From assembly GCA_025450105.1 (NCBI GenBank), contig JANWIA010000024.1, forward strand, positions 229-64,228: DNA of 64,000 nucleotides. The letters are read 5' to 3'. Within the stretch, counting starts at the first letter, position 1. Every line of letters starts with the position of its first letter. Position numbers and translations under genes: made by a program. The notes below the pieces were generated by a model that saw nothing but the letters and a program-made list of their open reading frames with translations, had not been told where the DNA came from and searched no databases. This DNA is from Candidatus Doudnabacteria bacterium. Its GTDB lineage: Bacteria; Patescibacteriota; Doudnabacteria; UBA920; O2-02-FULL-48-8. Positions 47,156 to 55,581 of the stretch are shown here, piece by piece.

Positions 47156-47280
47156 GCGTTTACCTCCGTACAGGTTTATCAGAAGCCGGAATGCCTCTGA
47201 TGGCTAAAATTTAACACTTTTTTAGCAACAGGTCAAAATGGCCAGGTTTTGTTTGTTATGAGTTATTTTAAGGCTTAAGA

Positions 47281-47309
47281 TTGACAAGATCCCAATATTT
47301 TGGTAATGT
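47281..47309 (+). promoter_or_regulatory. Sigma70 promoter of the candidate large RNA
   Basis: TTGACA-N17-TAATGT with a TG extension. Confidence 0.65.
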
Positions 47310-47315
47310 TTGTAA

Positions 47316-47820
47316 TCATTGGCTGTGACTGGAACGCACAGTCGTGACGAGTCGGGACTGTCCCGCTCTGTATCCACGAACCACCGAACGTCCACTGTCC
47401 AGGAGGACATTTGAGGCCCATCCGAGACCACCCGTAATACGGTGACCCTGCTGAGGCCACCCGACACCGATCGTCACCAGATTCGCTCTAACCCAGCATT
47501 CTAGTGGAGGGCACCAGTGAAAAGCCCAGGACGCGCTCCGCCGTAATTAGGCAACGTTCTAGATCTGCGTGTGGGAACACTTTCATTCGACTGACTTTGA
47601 TATGCGACCAATGGCCGGTTCCTGGGTCAATGCATGACCGGGAACCGGCACAAACCTCAAGTAACAAAAGTTCATAATTCCTAACCATTAGGCAGACGCC
47701 GATCCCGCGAGTAGTCGCGACCGTGACGATGCGTAGTGGAGGGAAGGAAAGTGCGGTTATTACTGCACAGCTGGCCTTAACAGCATGAGCTTCGATGTCC
47801 TGCATCGGAGCTCATTTTTT
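47316..47820 (+). ncRNA. Candidate ~500-nt structured RNA or micro-ORF transcript of unknown class
   Basis: Bounded by promoter and terminator, no long plus-strand ORF, many hairpins with plus-strand G.U pairs, complementary 5' and 3' ends. Confidence 0.5.
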
Positions 47821-47823
47821 ATT
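47786..47823 (+). terminator. Intrinsic terminator
   Basis: ATGAGCTTCGATG-TCCTG-CATCGGAGCTCAT-TTTTT. Confidence 0.8.
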
Positions 47824-47881
47824 CCAAAAAAGTTTCCAAATAATATTCTTTTGCTATACTTTACTAAAGGAAATAAACACT

Positions 47882-48052
47882 ATGGATCAGCATTATGTGT
47901 GTACGGGGAGCTGCAATATGGTTTCGGACCACGAAAAAAATTGCGACTCCGAAGACTGCACCCACAAGGGTCAGCCCCTGGTTGCCTGCAGCTGCACTGA
48001 CGGTAACCATGACGAAGCTCACAAACGAGCTGGCACAGGCCTCGAGGTTTAG
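47882..48052 (+). CDS. 56-aa Cys/His-rich metal-binding microprotein
   Basis: HYVCTGSC...C...DC...GQPLVACSC.DG.H; TGCTATACT -10 and AAAGGA SD. Confidence 0.75.
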   Translation: MDQHYVCTGSCNMVSDHEKNCDSEDCTHKGQPLVACSCTDGNHDEAHKRAGTGLEV

Positions 48053-48093
48053 GTGCACCAAAAATAAAGGTCGATATTAAGGAAGGAAATTTT

Positions 48094-48522
48094 ATGGTAC
48101 CTGTAAATTATTGGGCGATTTTGGTTTGCGGTGTGGCAAGCATGGTTCTTGGATCAATCTGGTACGGTCCACTATTCGGCAAGACTTGGCAACAGTTAAT
48201 GGGCTGGGGCTCGGTCAGCGAAGAGCAAAAAAAGGCAATGATGGCAAAAATGAACCAGAGCTACATCCTGGCATTTTTGGGCGCTTTGGCCATGGCCTAT
48301 ATTCTTTCTCACTCTTTGACGTTCGCCCAGGCATATTTGAAATCTGAAGGCACGTCTGCCGCTTTTCAAACCGCATTTTGGAACTGGCTCGGTTTTATCG
48401 CTCCAGTGACATTGAGCACGATTTCATGGGAAGGTAAGTCTTGGAAGCTTTGGTTTTTGAACAACGCCTATTGGTTGATTTTGTTATTCATTATGGGTTT
48501 AATTTTGGTTAATTGGAAATAA
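48094..48522 (+). CDS. DUF1761 family membrane protein
   Basis: VNYWAILV...LGSIWYGPLFGKTW pattern. Confidence 0.85.
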   Translation: MVPVNYWAILVCGVASMVLGSIWYGPLFGKTWQQLMGWGSVSEEQKKAMMAKMNQSYILAFLGALAMAYILSHSLTFAQAYLKSEGTSAAFQTAFWNWLGFIAPVTLSTISWEGKSWKLWFLNNAYWLILLFIMGLILVNWK

Positions 48523-48579
48523 TCGGTTTTTGCAAAAAGGACAGTATACACTACTGTCTTTTTTGTTTATAATAATTTT

Positions 48580-48900
48580 ATGAAACTAACCGATAAAATT
48601 TGTGTGCCGTGCAGTGGCGATACGCCGCCCTTGAAACAAAGTGAAATTCAAAAACTCTTGAAGCAAATCAAGTCCGGCTGGAAGGTTCTTGATAATGTCA
48701 GGATTCAGAAGAAATTTAAATTTAATAGCTACCCGGAAACGATCGCCTTTGTAAACAAGGTCGCCTTGATTGCACAAGAGGAAGGTCATCATCCGGATCT
48801 TCAAGTCCATTACTATGACGTTGTCGTAGAATTTTCAACGCATGCCATAAAAGGTTTGTCGGAAAATGATTTTATCATGGCCGCAAAAATTGAAGCTTGA
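48580..48900 (+). CDS. Pterin-4a-carbinolamine dehydratase
   Basis: EEGHHPD and THAIKGLSENDFIMAAKI motifs. Confidence 0.94.
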   Translation: MKLTDKICVPCSGDTPPLKQSEIQKLLKQIKSGWKVLDNVRIQKKFKFNSYPETIAFVNKVALIAQEEGHHPDLQVHYYDVVVEFSTHAIKGLSENDFIMAAKIEA

Positions 48901-48902
48901 CA

Positions 48903-50411
48903 ATGCCTAAAACTACATTTGAAAAACTTAAGGAAAAAGTTTTAGAGATCGAACATATCAGTTCAGCCATCGGTCTGCTCGATTGGGACACCAATGTTTA
49001 TATGCCGCCGAAAAGCAGCGCGTTTAGGGGACAAACTTTAGCTACTCTCTCGGCTCTGGTCCACGAAAAATTTTTGGATAAGAATTTCGAAAAATTATTG
49101 ATGGTTTTAAAGAAGGACTTTGACGATAATAAATTGCCGGAAGACCAGCGCGTCTTTGTCAGGGAAATTTACCGGACATTCAAAAAAGAAAAAAAGTTGC
49201 CGTCAGAATTCGTAAAGGAATTATCTCAAGCAGTTTCCGAAGGGCATCATCTTTGGGTTGAGGCCAGGAAAACAAACGATTTTAATTTGTTCGCACCACA
49301 GCTAAGCAAAATTGTCGACCTTAAGCGCCAGCAAGCAAGGTACATTGGTTACGCTGCTTCGCCATACGACGTTTTGCTCGACGATTTTGAGCCTGGTTTA
49401 ACTTCAGAACAGGCATCGGCAATTTTTTATGAGCTTAAGAAGTTTTTGGTTCCGTTTATCCAAAAGATTGTAGGTAAGAATAAAAATTTTGACCAATCCT
49501 TGCTGTCAGGTAAATTTGATCCGACCAAGCAAAAAGAGCTGATGCACATTGTTGCGGCTAAACTTGGCTATGATTTGGAAGCGGGCAGAATTGACGAAAC
49601 AGCTCATCCGTTCATGTCCGGCATGAATCCTTATGATACGCGGGTAACAACCCATTATTTAGAAGATAATTTTTATTTTGCGTTTGGAAGCACTGTCCAC
49701 GAAGTTGGCCATGCTTTATATGAGCAAGGTCTGTTGCCGGAACATTTTGGCACGCCGCTTGGGACTTCTGTTTCTCTTGGTATTCATGAATCGCAGTCAC
49801 GCCTATGGGAAAATTTAGTCGGCAAGAGGCTGGCGTTTTGGAAATATTTTTTTCCGGTTGTCCAGGAATATTTCCCAGAGAAATACAATAAAGGTAATGT
49901 TGATGATTTTTATCAAGCACTAAACCAAGTTCAGCCTTCGTTAATTCGAATCAAATCCGACGAGGTCACTTACAACATGCACATCATCATCCGTTTTGAA
50001 ATCGAAAAGGAATTGATCGAAGGTTCAATTGATGTGAGGGATTTGCCAATAATTTGGAACAGCAAGCATAAAGAGTACTTAAATATTGACGTGCCAAATG
50101 ATGCCCAGGGTGTTTTGCAGGACGTGCACTGGTCTTCCGGTTTGTTTGGTTACTTCCCAACGTATACTTTGGGTAACCTTTATTCTGCTCAATTTTTTCA
50201 ACAGGCAAAGAAAGAAATCGTGAATTTAGACGAGTTGTTTGAAAAGGGGCAATTTTTACCGTTGAGAGAGTGGTTACGCAAAGCCATTCATCAACACGGT
50301 AAACTATATACAGCTGCGGAACTTTGCCAAAAAGTTACCGGTGAGGCGTTAAACAGTAAATATTACACACAATATCTTGAGGAAAAATTTGGGCAGTTGT
50401 ACAAACTATAA
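48903..50411 (+). CDS. Carboxypeptidase M32 (Taq family)
   Basis: HPF, HEVGHALYEQG, HESQS, QDVHW and GYFPTY motifs. Confidence 0.96.
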   Translation: MPKTTFEKLKEKVLEIEHISSAIGLLDWDTNVYMPPKSSAFRGQTLATLSALVHEKFLDKNFEKLLMVLKKDFDDNKLPEDQRVFVREIYRTFKKEKKLPSEFVKELSQAVSEGHHLWVEARKTNDFNLFAPQLSKIVDLKRQQARYIGYAASPYDVLLDDFEPGLTSEQASAIFYELKKFLVPFIQKIVGKNKNFDQSLLSGKFDPTKQKELMHIVAAKLGYDLEAGRIDETAHPFMSGMNPYDTRVTTHYLEDNFYFAFGSTVHEVGHALYEQGLLPEHFGTPLGTSVSLGIHESQSRLWENLVGKRLAFWKYFFPVVQEYFPEKYNKGNVDDFYQALNQVQPSLIRIKSDEVTYNMHIIIRFEIEKELIEGSIDVRDLPIIWNSKHKEYLNIDVPNDAQGVLQDVHWSSGLFGYFPTYTLGNLYSAQFFQQAKKEIVNLDELFEKGQFLPLREWLRKAIHQHGKLYTAAELCQKVTGEALNSKYYTQYLEEKFGQLYKL

Positions 50412-50447
50412 GGTTATTAAAAGTTTTTATCTGATATACTTTGATTC

Positions 50448-50636
50448 ATGGAAGAGAAACTTGAGGAGTACTTAGGCTACGCAATATTAATTTTTTTGAT
50501 CTTTGGACTGTTTGTCTTCACAGTGCTGATTTTTAATTTAATCAGAACGGGAAATGTTGAGACTGTCGAAACGCCGGTATACCGTACCCCAAACATTTCT
50601 GATTTTACCCCAGTCGATAAATCGTTTATTTTCTAA
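50448..50636 (+). CDS. Small single-TM protein
   Basis: Hydrophobic helix; TGATATACT 7 nt upstream of ATG. Confidence 0.6.
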   Translation: MEEKLEEYLGYAILIFLIFGLFVFTVLIFNLIRTGNVETVETPVYRTPNISDFTPVDKSFIF

Positions 50637-50645
50637 AAGAAATTT

Positions 50646-51854
50646 ATGAACCAAAATCTGAAGAATTTATTGATCGTAATTGTAGGAGGTTTAGTTTTAG
50701 TTGGCGTAATGTTTTACTGGCAGAATTTACGCGGAGTCGGCCCGGCAATCAACAAACCGCCACAGGATATTGTTGATATCATCGATGACCATAATTCTCA
50801 GCCCGGGGAAAATTCCACGACCTATCCGCTGAAAGTTCCGGACAATTTTAAGATTGAAATTTTTGCAAAGAATTTAGCGGGCGCGCGCGTGATTGAAATT
50901 GCACCGGGGAAAATGTATGTCAGCCAAACCTCACAAGGGCGCGTTAGTGCATTGACGGTTGGTAATGACGGCAAGGTGCAATCGCAGACTGTGGAAATAT
51001 CAGGCCTGAGAAATCCACATGGTCTGGCAATTGATCCGCAGGATCCTAACGTCCTGTTTGTTGCCGCAGAAAACCAAATCATTCGTCATGAAATTTCCAG
51101 CAAAAAAGATACCAAGATTGCAGACTTACCAACATCCGGCGGGGGACACTATACTCGGACAATTAAATTCGGCCCAGACGGTCGTATGTATGTTTCTATT
51201 GGGTCTTCCTGCAATGTTTGCCGCGAGAACGATCCACGACGTGCCGCGATTTACACTTTAAACAAAGACGGCTCCGATTTTAAAAGTTTTGCCATTGGAT
51301 TGCGCAATACTGTGTTCTTTACGTGGAGCGAAGTCGATGGTAGTATGTGGGGCAATGACATGGGTCGGGATTTACTTGGCGATAATATTCCGCCGGAGGA
51401 AATTAATATTTTAGCAGAAGGAAAAAACTATGGTTGGCCAATTTGTTACGGTAACAATATTCACGACGATAACTTCGACAAGAATGTTTACATCCGAAAT
51501 CCTTGTATGGAACCATTTGAAACACCACCGCACATAGAAATGCAAGCGCATTCCGCGCCACTTGGTTTAGATTTTGTCCCGGAAGAAGGTTGGCCAGAAG
51601 ACATGTGGTATGATCTTATCGTTGCATTCCATGGTTCCTGGAACCGCGCAGAACCAACTGGCTATAAATTGGTTCGCATCAAACTCGATGACAAGGGCAA
51701 TTACCAGGGCATGGAAGATTTTATTTCCGGTTGGTTGAGCAACGCCGGTGCGTTGGGTAGACCAGTGGATGTTCTGATCCAACCAGGCGGGACAATGTAT
51801 GTCTCTGACGATAAAGCAGGAGTGATCTATAAAATTACTTACAAGCGCGAATAA
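50646..51854 (+). CDS. Glucose/sorbosone dehydrogenase-type beta-propeller
   Basis: GSSCNVC, GLRN, NYGWP, AHSAPLG, HGSWNR and GRPVDV motifs. Confidence 0.9.
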   Translation: MNQNLKNLLIVIVGGLVLVGVMFYWQNLRGVGPAINKPPQDIVDIIDDHNSQPGENSTTYPLKVPDNFKIEIFAKNLAGARVIEIAPGKMYVSQTSQGRVSALTVGNDGKVQSQTVEISGLRNPHGLAIDPQDPNVLFVAAENQIIRHEISSKKDTKIADLPTSGGGHYTRTIKFGPDGRMYVSIGSSCNVCRENDPRRAAIYTLNKDGSDFKSFAIGLRNTVFFTWSEVDGSMWGNDMGRDLLGDNIPPEEINILAEGKNYGWPICYGNNIHDDNFDKNVYIRNPCMEPFETPPHIEMQAHSAPLGLDFVPEEGWPEDMWYDLIVAFHGSWNRAEPTGYKLVRIKLDDKGNYQGMEDFISGWLSNAGALGRPVDVLIQPGGTMYVSDDKAGVIYKITYKRE

Positions 51855-52453
51855 TGTTTAAGCAGATATTTATTGTCCACGGTGGGAATACATTCGAGAA
51901 ATACGAAGAGTATTTAGCAAATCTCAAAACCAAAGATGTGTCTATTGAGAAACTACATTTTAAAGATTGGAAGCGCAATCTTTCGGAAACACTTGGCGAT
52001 GAGTACCAGGTAATTGCGCCCTCAATGCCTAATTCCCAAAACGCGCGCTTCATTGAATGGAAAATCTGGTTTGAAAGGTTTATGCCGTTTCTCAATGATC
52101 AAATTATTCTGATTGGTCATTCATTGGGTGGAATATTTCTTGCAAAGTACCTTTCGGAAAGTATTTTCCCAAAAAAGATTCGATCAACGTTTTTGGTGGC
52201 AGCACCATTTAAATCAGATAACGATGAATCACTTGTCGATTTTGAACTTGGGCAAGATTTGTCAAAATTGTCTGCTCAAGGTGGGGTGATTTTTTTGTTC
52301 CATAGCAAGGACGATCCTGTTGTTGAGTATCCTAATGTGCTTGAATATAAAAAAGCATTGCCCAATGCAATACTTCGAAGCCTGGATACTGGCCAACACT
52401 TTAATCAAGCTGAGTTTCCAGAGTTAGTTGAAGAGATTAAGAGTTTTAAATAA
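51854..52453 (+). CDS. Alpha/beta hydrolase (YdeN/RBBP9 family)
   Basis: IVHGG, GHSLG, SKDDPVV and C-terminal HF. Confidence 0.9.
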   Translation: MFKQIFIVHGGNTFEKYEEYLANLKTKDVSIEKLHFKDWKRNLSETLGDEYQVIAPSMPNSQNARFIEWKIWFERFMPFLNDQIILIGHSLGGIFLAKYLSESIFPKKIRSTFLVAAPFKSDNDESLVDFELGQDLSKLSAQGGVIFLFHSKDDPVVEYPNVLEYKKALPNAILRSLDTGQHFNQAEFPELVEEIKSFK

Positions 52454-52470
52454 AATAATCTGCTACTTTC

Positions 52471-52528
52471 CATCCTGAATTTATTTCAGGATCTCTAATA
52501 AAAATCCCGATAACTAAGTTCGGGATAG
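52471..52528. repeat. REP-like doublet (ATCCTGA family)
   Basis: CATCCTGAA-TTTAT-TTCAGGATCT and ATCCCGA...TCGGGAT. Confidence 0.65.
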
Positions 52529-52539
52529 TTTGTTGTTGA

Positions 52540-53457
52540 CTAAACAAAGATCTTTGAATCAAGATTCTTTAATCCGTTGAGGAAGTCGCTGCCAGGCATT
52601 GCGGTTTTTCCTTCCGGCAGGACCTCTAGAATTTTCAGACTGTAATCTGAACATTTAACTAGTAAATCGTTTCCAATGCGGTAAATTTTTCCGGGCAGTT
52701 CAATTTTATTATCCTGTAAAACTTCGGCCCGGATAATTTTTACGGTTTTGTCATCGAGCTTGCTCCACGTTCCTGGTTCTGGATTGAGGGCTAGGACTTG
52801 CTGCTGGATTTCCTTGGCGGGTTTGGTCCACTCAATTCGCGCATCGTCCTTGCTGATCAATTTTGTAAATGTAGCACGAGAATGGTCTTGTGGAGTTGGC
52901 TCGCGCCGGCCGCTAATATATTTGGTAAGAATTTCTGAAGCGTTCTTAGCGGCCAGTTCTGAAAGTCGCTTATGAAGTGCAACAAAATTTTCCTTTGGCA
53001 ATATTTCTGTTTTGACGATACCGATGACCGGACCGTTGTCCATTTTTTCATCCATTTTAATGAATGTAATGCCGGTTTCTTTTTCGTCGTTGAGGATTGC
53101 CGCCTGAATGGGACTGGCACCGCGGTACTTGGGTAAAATGGAACCATGGATATTTATAGAGCCGCGCTTAGGTGTTTCGAGTACGGATTTCGGAATGATT
53201 TGTCCGTAGGCCGCGACAAGCATGACATCGGCCTGGACCTCGGCAATTTTTTCTTTGACCTCCGCAATTTTTTCTGGCTGCACGACAGGGATGTTGTTTT
53301 TTTGGGCCCAAACTTTAATCGGTGGGGGAGTTAAGACTTGTTTCCGTCCAAACGGACGATCCGGTTGGGTAATAACTAGAACAATCTCAAAACTACTCTT
53401 GAGGTTTTCAAGAGTAGGGATTCCAAACTCAGTTGTGCCGGCAAAAATAAGTTTCAT
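52540..53457 (-). CDS. fmt: Methionyl-tRNA formyltransferase
   Basis: TQPDRP, AAYGQI and NIHGSILPKYRGASPIQ motifs. Confidence 0.96.
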   Translation of the reverse strand: MKLIFAGTTEFGIPTLENLKSSFEIVLVITQPDRPFGRKQVLTPPPIKVWAQKNNIPVVQPEKIAEVKEKIAEVQADVMLVAAYGQIIPKSVLETPKRGSINIHGSILPKYRGASPIQAAILNDEKETGITFIKMDEKMDNGPVIGIVKTEILPKENFVALHKRLSELAAKNASEILTKYISGRREPTPQDHSRATFTKLISKDDARIEWTKPAKEIQQQVLALNPEPGTWSKLDDKTVKIIRAEVLQDNKIELPGKIYRIGNDLLVKCSDYSLKILEVLPEGKTAMPGSDFLNGLKNLDSKIFV

Positions 53458-53466
53458 ATTGTTATG

Positions 53467-53943
53467 TTACATCTTCTCATCCGGGTCGCCCGGAGTTTGT
53501 CTGGTCATTTTAGAAGTAAATAGAATTCCATCGAGGTGGTCGATCTCATGTTGGATTACTCGCGACAGCAAGCCGTCGGCTTTAAAGGAAATTTCTTTAC
53601 CGTCTAAATTTTGAGCGTCAACCGTAACTTTTTCCGGACGTTTTACCATTCCGTAAATTCCGGGGATGGACAAGCAACCTTCTTCCATTTCTACCTTGCG
53701 CCAAGATTTCTTTGTGATTTTTGGGTTGACCAGCGCAAACGGCGGCAAGCCTATGTGCTCAAGATTAATAATGCACAGACGGATAGATTTACCCACTTGG
53801 GGCGCCGCTAATCCAATCCCATTTGCTTTGCGACAAGTAGAAAGCATTTCCGCGACCAATTCAACAGTTTCTTGGTCGATTTTTTTAAGGGGTGAAGTTT
53901 TCTTGTTTAAAATTGGATCTGGTACGGTAACGATTTTAAGCAT
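53467..53943 (-). CDS. def: Peptide deformylase
   Basis: GIGLAAPQ, EGCLS and QHEIDHLDG motifs; start re-called to 53943. Confidence 0.97.
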   Translation of the reverse strand: MLKIVTVPDPILNKKTSPLKKIDQETVELVAEMLSTCRKANGIGLAAPQVGKSIRLCIINLEHIGLPPFALVNPKITKKSWRKVEMEEGCLSIPGIYGMVKRPEKVTVDAQNLDGKEISFKADGLLSRVIQHEIDHLDGILFTSKMTRQTPGDPDEKM

Positions 53944-54199
53944 TGGCTTTATGTTCAGTGTTAAATTGTTTGACCTTGAAGGCAAATAGCCGACCAGGAT
54001 TTTCGACTTTCTTTTCCAGAACCTCACCCGCCAAGCGGCGTAAAACTTTATGATCTGTTCGTGTGGCAATCCCCAAATAGAATTGAAAATTCTCAGGTTC
54101 GTTAAACATCAAGCGAAGTTCGTCTGCGAGCAAATGGGCAGGGGAGTGAAGCTTCGGAGATTTTTTGATTTTCTGGACGTAGTCGCCTTTTATTTCCAT
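53936..54199 (-). CDS. Small helical hypothetical protein
   Basis: 87-aa ORF overlapping the def start; TGGTATACT 6 nt before ATG; NPGRLF motif. Confidence 0.72.
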   Translation of the reverse strand: MEIKGDYVQKIKKSPKLHSPAHLLADELRLMFNEPENFQFYLGIATRTDHKVLRRLAGEVLEKKVENPGRLFAFKVKQFNTEHKANA

Positions 54200-54240
54200 G
54201 TCACCAGTATACCAAAAACATGCTATAATTTAAAGGATTT

Positions 54241-54771
54241 ATGAGATTATTTTCCGCGATTCCAATTCCAGAAGAAGTAAAAAATAAGTTGATTGAAATT
54301 ACACGGGGCAAATTGCCGGTGCCGTACCTTAGCCTTACCAACGCTCATATTACTCTAAACTTTTTTGGAGAGCTTGATTCTGATAAAACCAAGTTTGTTA
54401 CTGAACAATTTGCTGTTGCTGCAAATGGCCATAAGAAATTTAGAATCGAATTTGATAAAATCATCAGATTTCAGCACCAACTTCATTTAACTGTTAAGCC
54501 AACAAAGGATTTAAAGGAGTTACAGTTGAATTTACAGGAAGCATACGAGAGAATTGGTTTTAAGTTTCAGGATCGGGAATATTATGCCCACGTGACTTTA
54601 GCCAGAATGCATTTGGATAACCATATGTTTCGCGACAGAAAAGTTGAAGCTTTTGATAACGAATTACTAGGCCAATTAACTTTTGATGCAGACCGGGTGA
54701 TATTGTACGAAAGCAAATTATTGTTGCATCATGCACACCACATACCTTTAATTGAAGTTCCATTAAGTTAA
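54241..54771 (+). CDS. thpR: RNA 2',3'-cyclic phosphodiesterase (2H family)
   Basis: MRLFSAI and two HxT motifs (HITL, HVTL). Confidence 0.9.
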   Translation: MRLFSAIPIPEEVKNKLIEITRGKLPVPYLSLTNAHITLNFFGELDSDKTKFVTEQFAVAANGHKKFRIEFDKIIRFQHQLHLTVKPTKDLKELQLNLQEAYERIGFKFQDREYYAHVTLARMHLDNHMFRDRKVEAFDNELLGQLTFDADRVILYESKLLLHHAHHIPLIEVPLS

Positions 54772-54774
54772 TTT

Positions 54775-55581
54775 ATGAGAGTTGATGTTGCCGGCGTTTT
54801 TGTAGACGCAATCACAAAACAAGAAACATTAAATATAATTTCTGAATATGTTGCTTCAGGGCAACCCCATTTAATTGTAACTACATATTCGGAATTTGTT
54901 GTTTTTGCGAGCAAGGATTCTGAATACCAAAATGTTTTAAATTCAGCGACGCTTTCTTTGCCTGATGGAATTGGGATTCTGTGGGCGGCAAAATACCTCA
55001 GCTTGAGCACTTCCAATAGATTTCAAGCACTTGGGCAAATTATATATTCCGGTGCCTCGCTGATTTTTAACCCAAGTTATTGCCGTACTGTAATTCCAGA
55101 AACAGTAACAGGCAGCCGGTTAGTTTGGGATATTGCTCAACAAGCATCAGAGAAGAATTATTCATTAGCTCTTGTAGGTGGAACAAACGGTGTTGCTCAA
55201 ACCGCTGCCAACGAACTGAAAAAGAAATATCCAAATTTGAAAGTTAAGTTGGCTGTTTCTGATAATAAGTTCGATCAGGAAACAGTTAACAGGATCGCTT
55301 CAAGTAATTCTGATATACTATTAATTGCTTACCAGCCGCCGCTTCAGGAAAAATGGCTGACACAGAATTTGAATCAATTTAATGTTAAGGTCGCCATAGG
55401 CCTGGGCGGGACGTTTGATTATCTCGCAGGCAAACGTTTGTCGGCGCCAAAATTTATTAGCACAATTGGTTTGGAATGGCTATGGCGTTTGATCACCCAA
55501 CCATGGCGTATTGTTAGAATTTGGAACGCAATTATTGTTTTTATAAAAATAGTTTATCGTTATAAGATCATAAAAACATGA
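54775..55581 (+). CDS. WecB/TagA/CpsF glycosyltransferase
   Basis: PDGIG, QEKW, GLGGTFD and GLEWLWRL motifs. Confidence 0.93.
   Translation: MRVDVAGVFVDAITKQETLNIISEYVASGQPHLIVTTYSEFVVFASKDSEYQNVLNSATLSLPDGIGILWAAKYLSLSTSNRFQALGQIIYSGASLIFNPSYCRTVIPETVTGSRLVWDIAQQASEKNYSLALVGGTNGVAQTAANELKKKYPNLKVKLAVSDNKFDQETVNRIASSNSDILLIAYQPPLQEKWLTQNLNQFNVKVAIGLGGTFDYLAGKRLSAPKFISTIGLEWLWRLITQPWRIVRIWNAIIVFIKIVYRYKIIKT

Noticed and set aside
47488-47805. 105-aa minus-strand ORF (and 47222-47467)
   Set aside because: It starts within the terminator hairpin with no SD or promoter; hairpin G.U polarity and the promoter favour a plus-strand transcript.
47316-47820. Permuted tmRNA, RNase P RNA or cobalamin riboswitch as the identity of the large RNA
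   Set aside because: A frame ending QLALTA and a CGGGA/TCCCG hairpin are suggestive of tmRNA, but there is no TTCRA T-loop, matching acceptor stem or CCA end. The RNase P GAGGAAAGTCC signature and ordered B12-box motifs are also absent.
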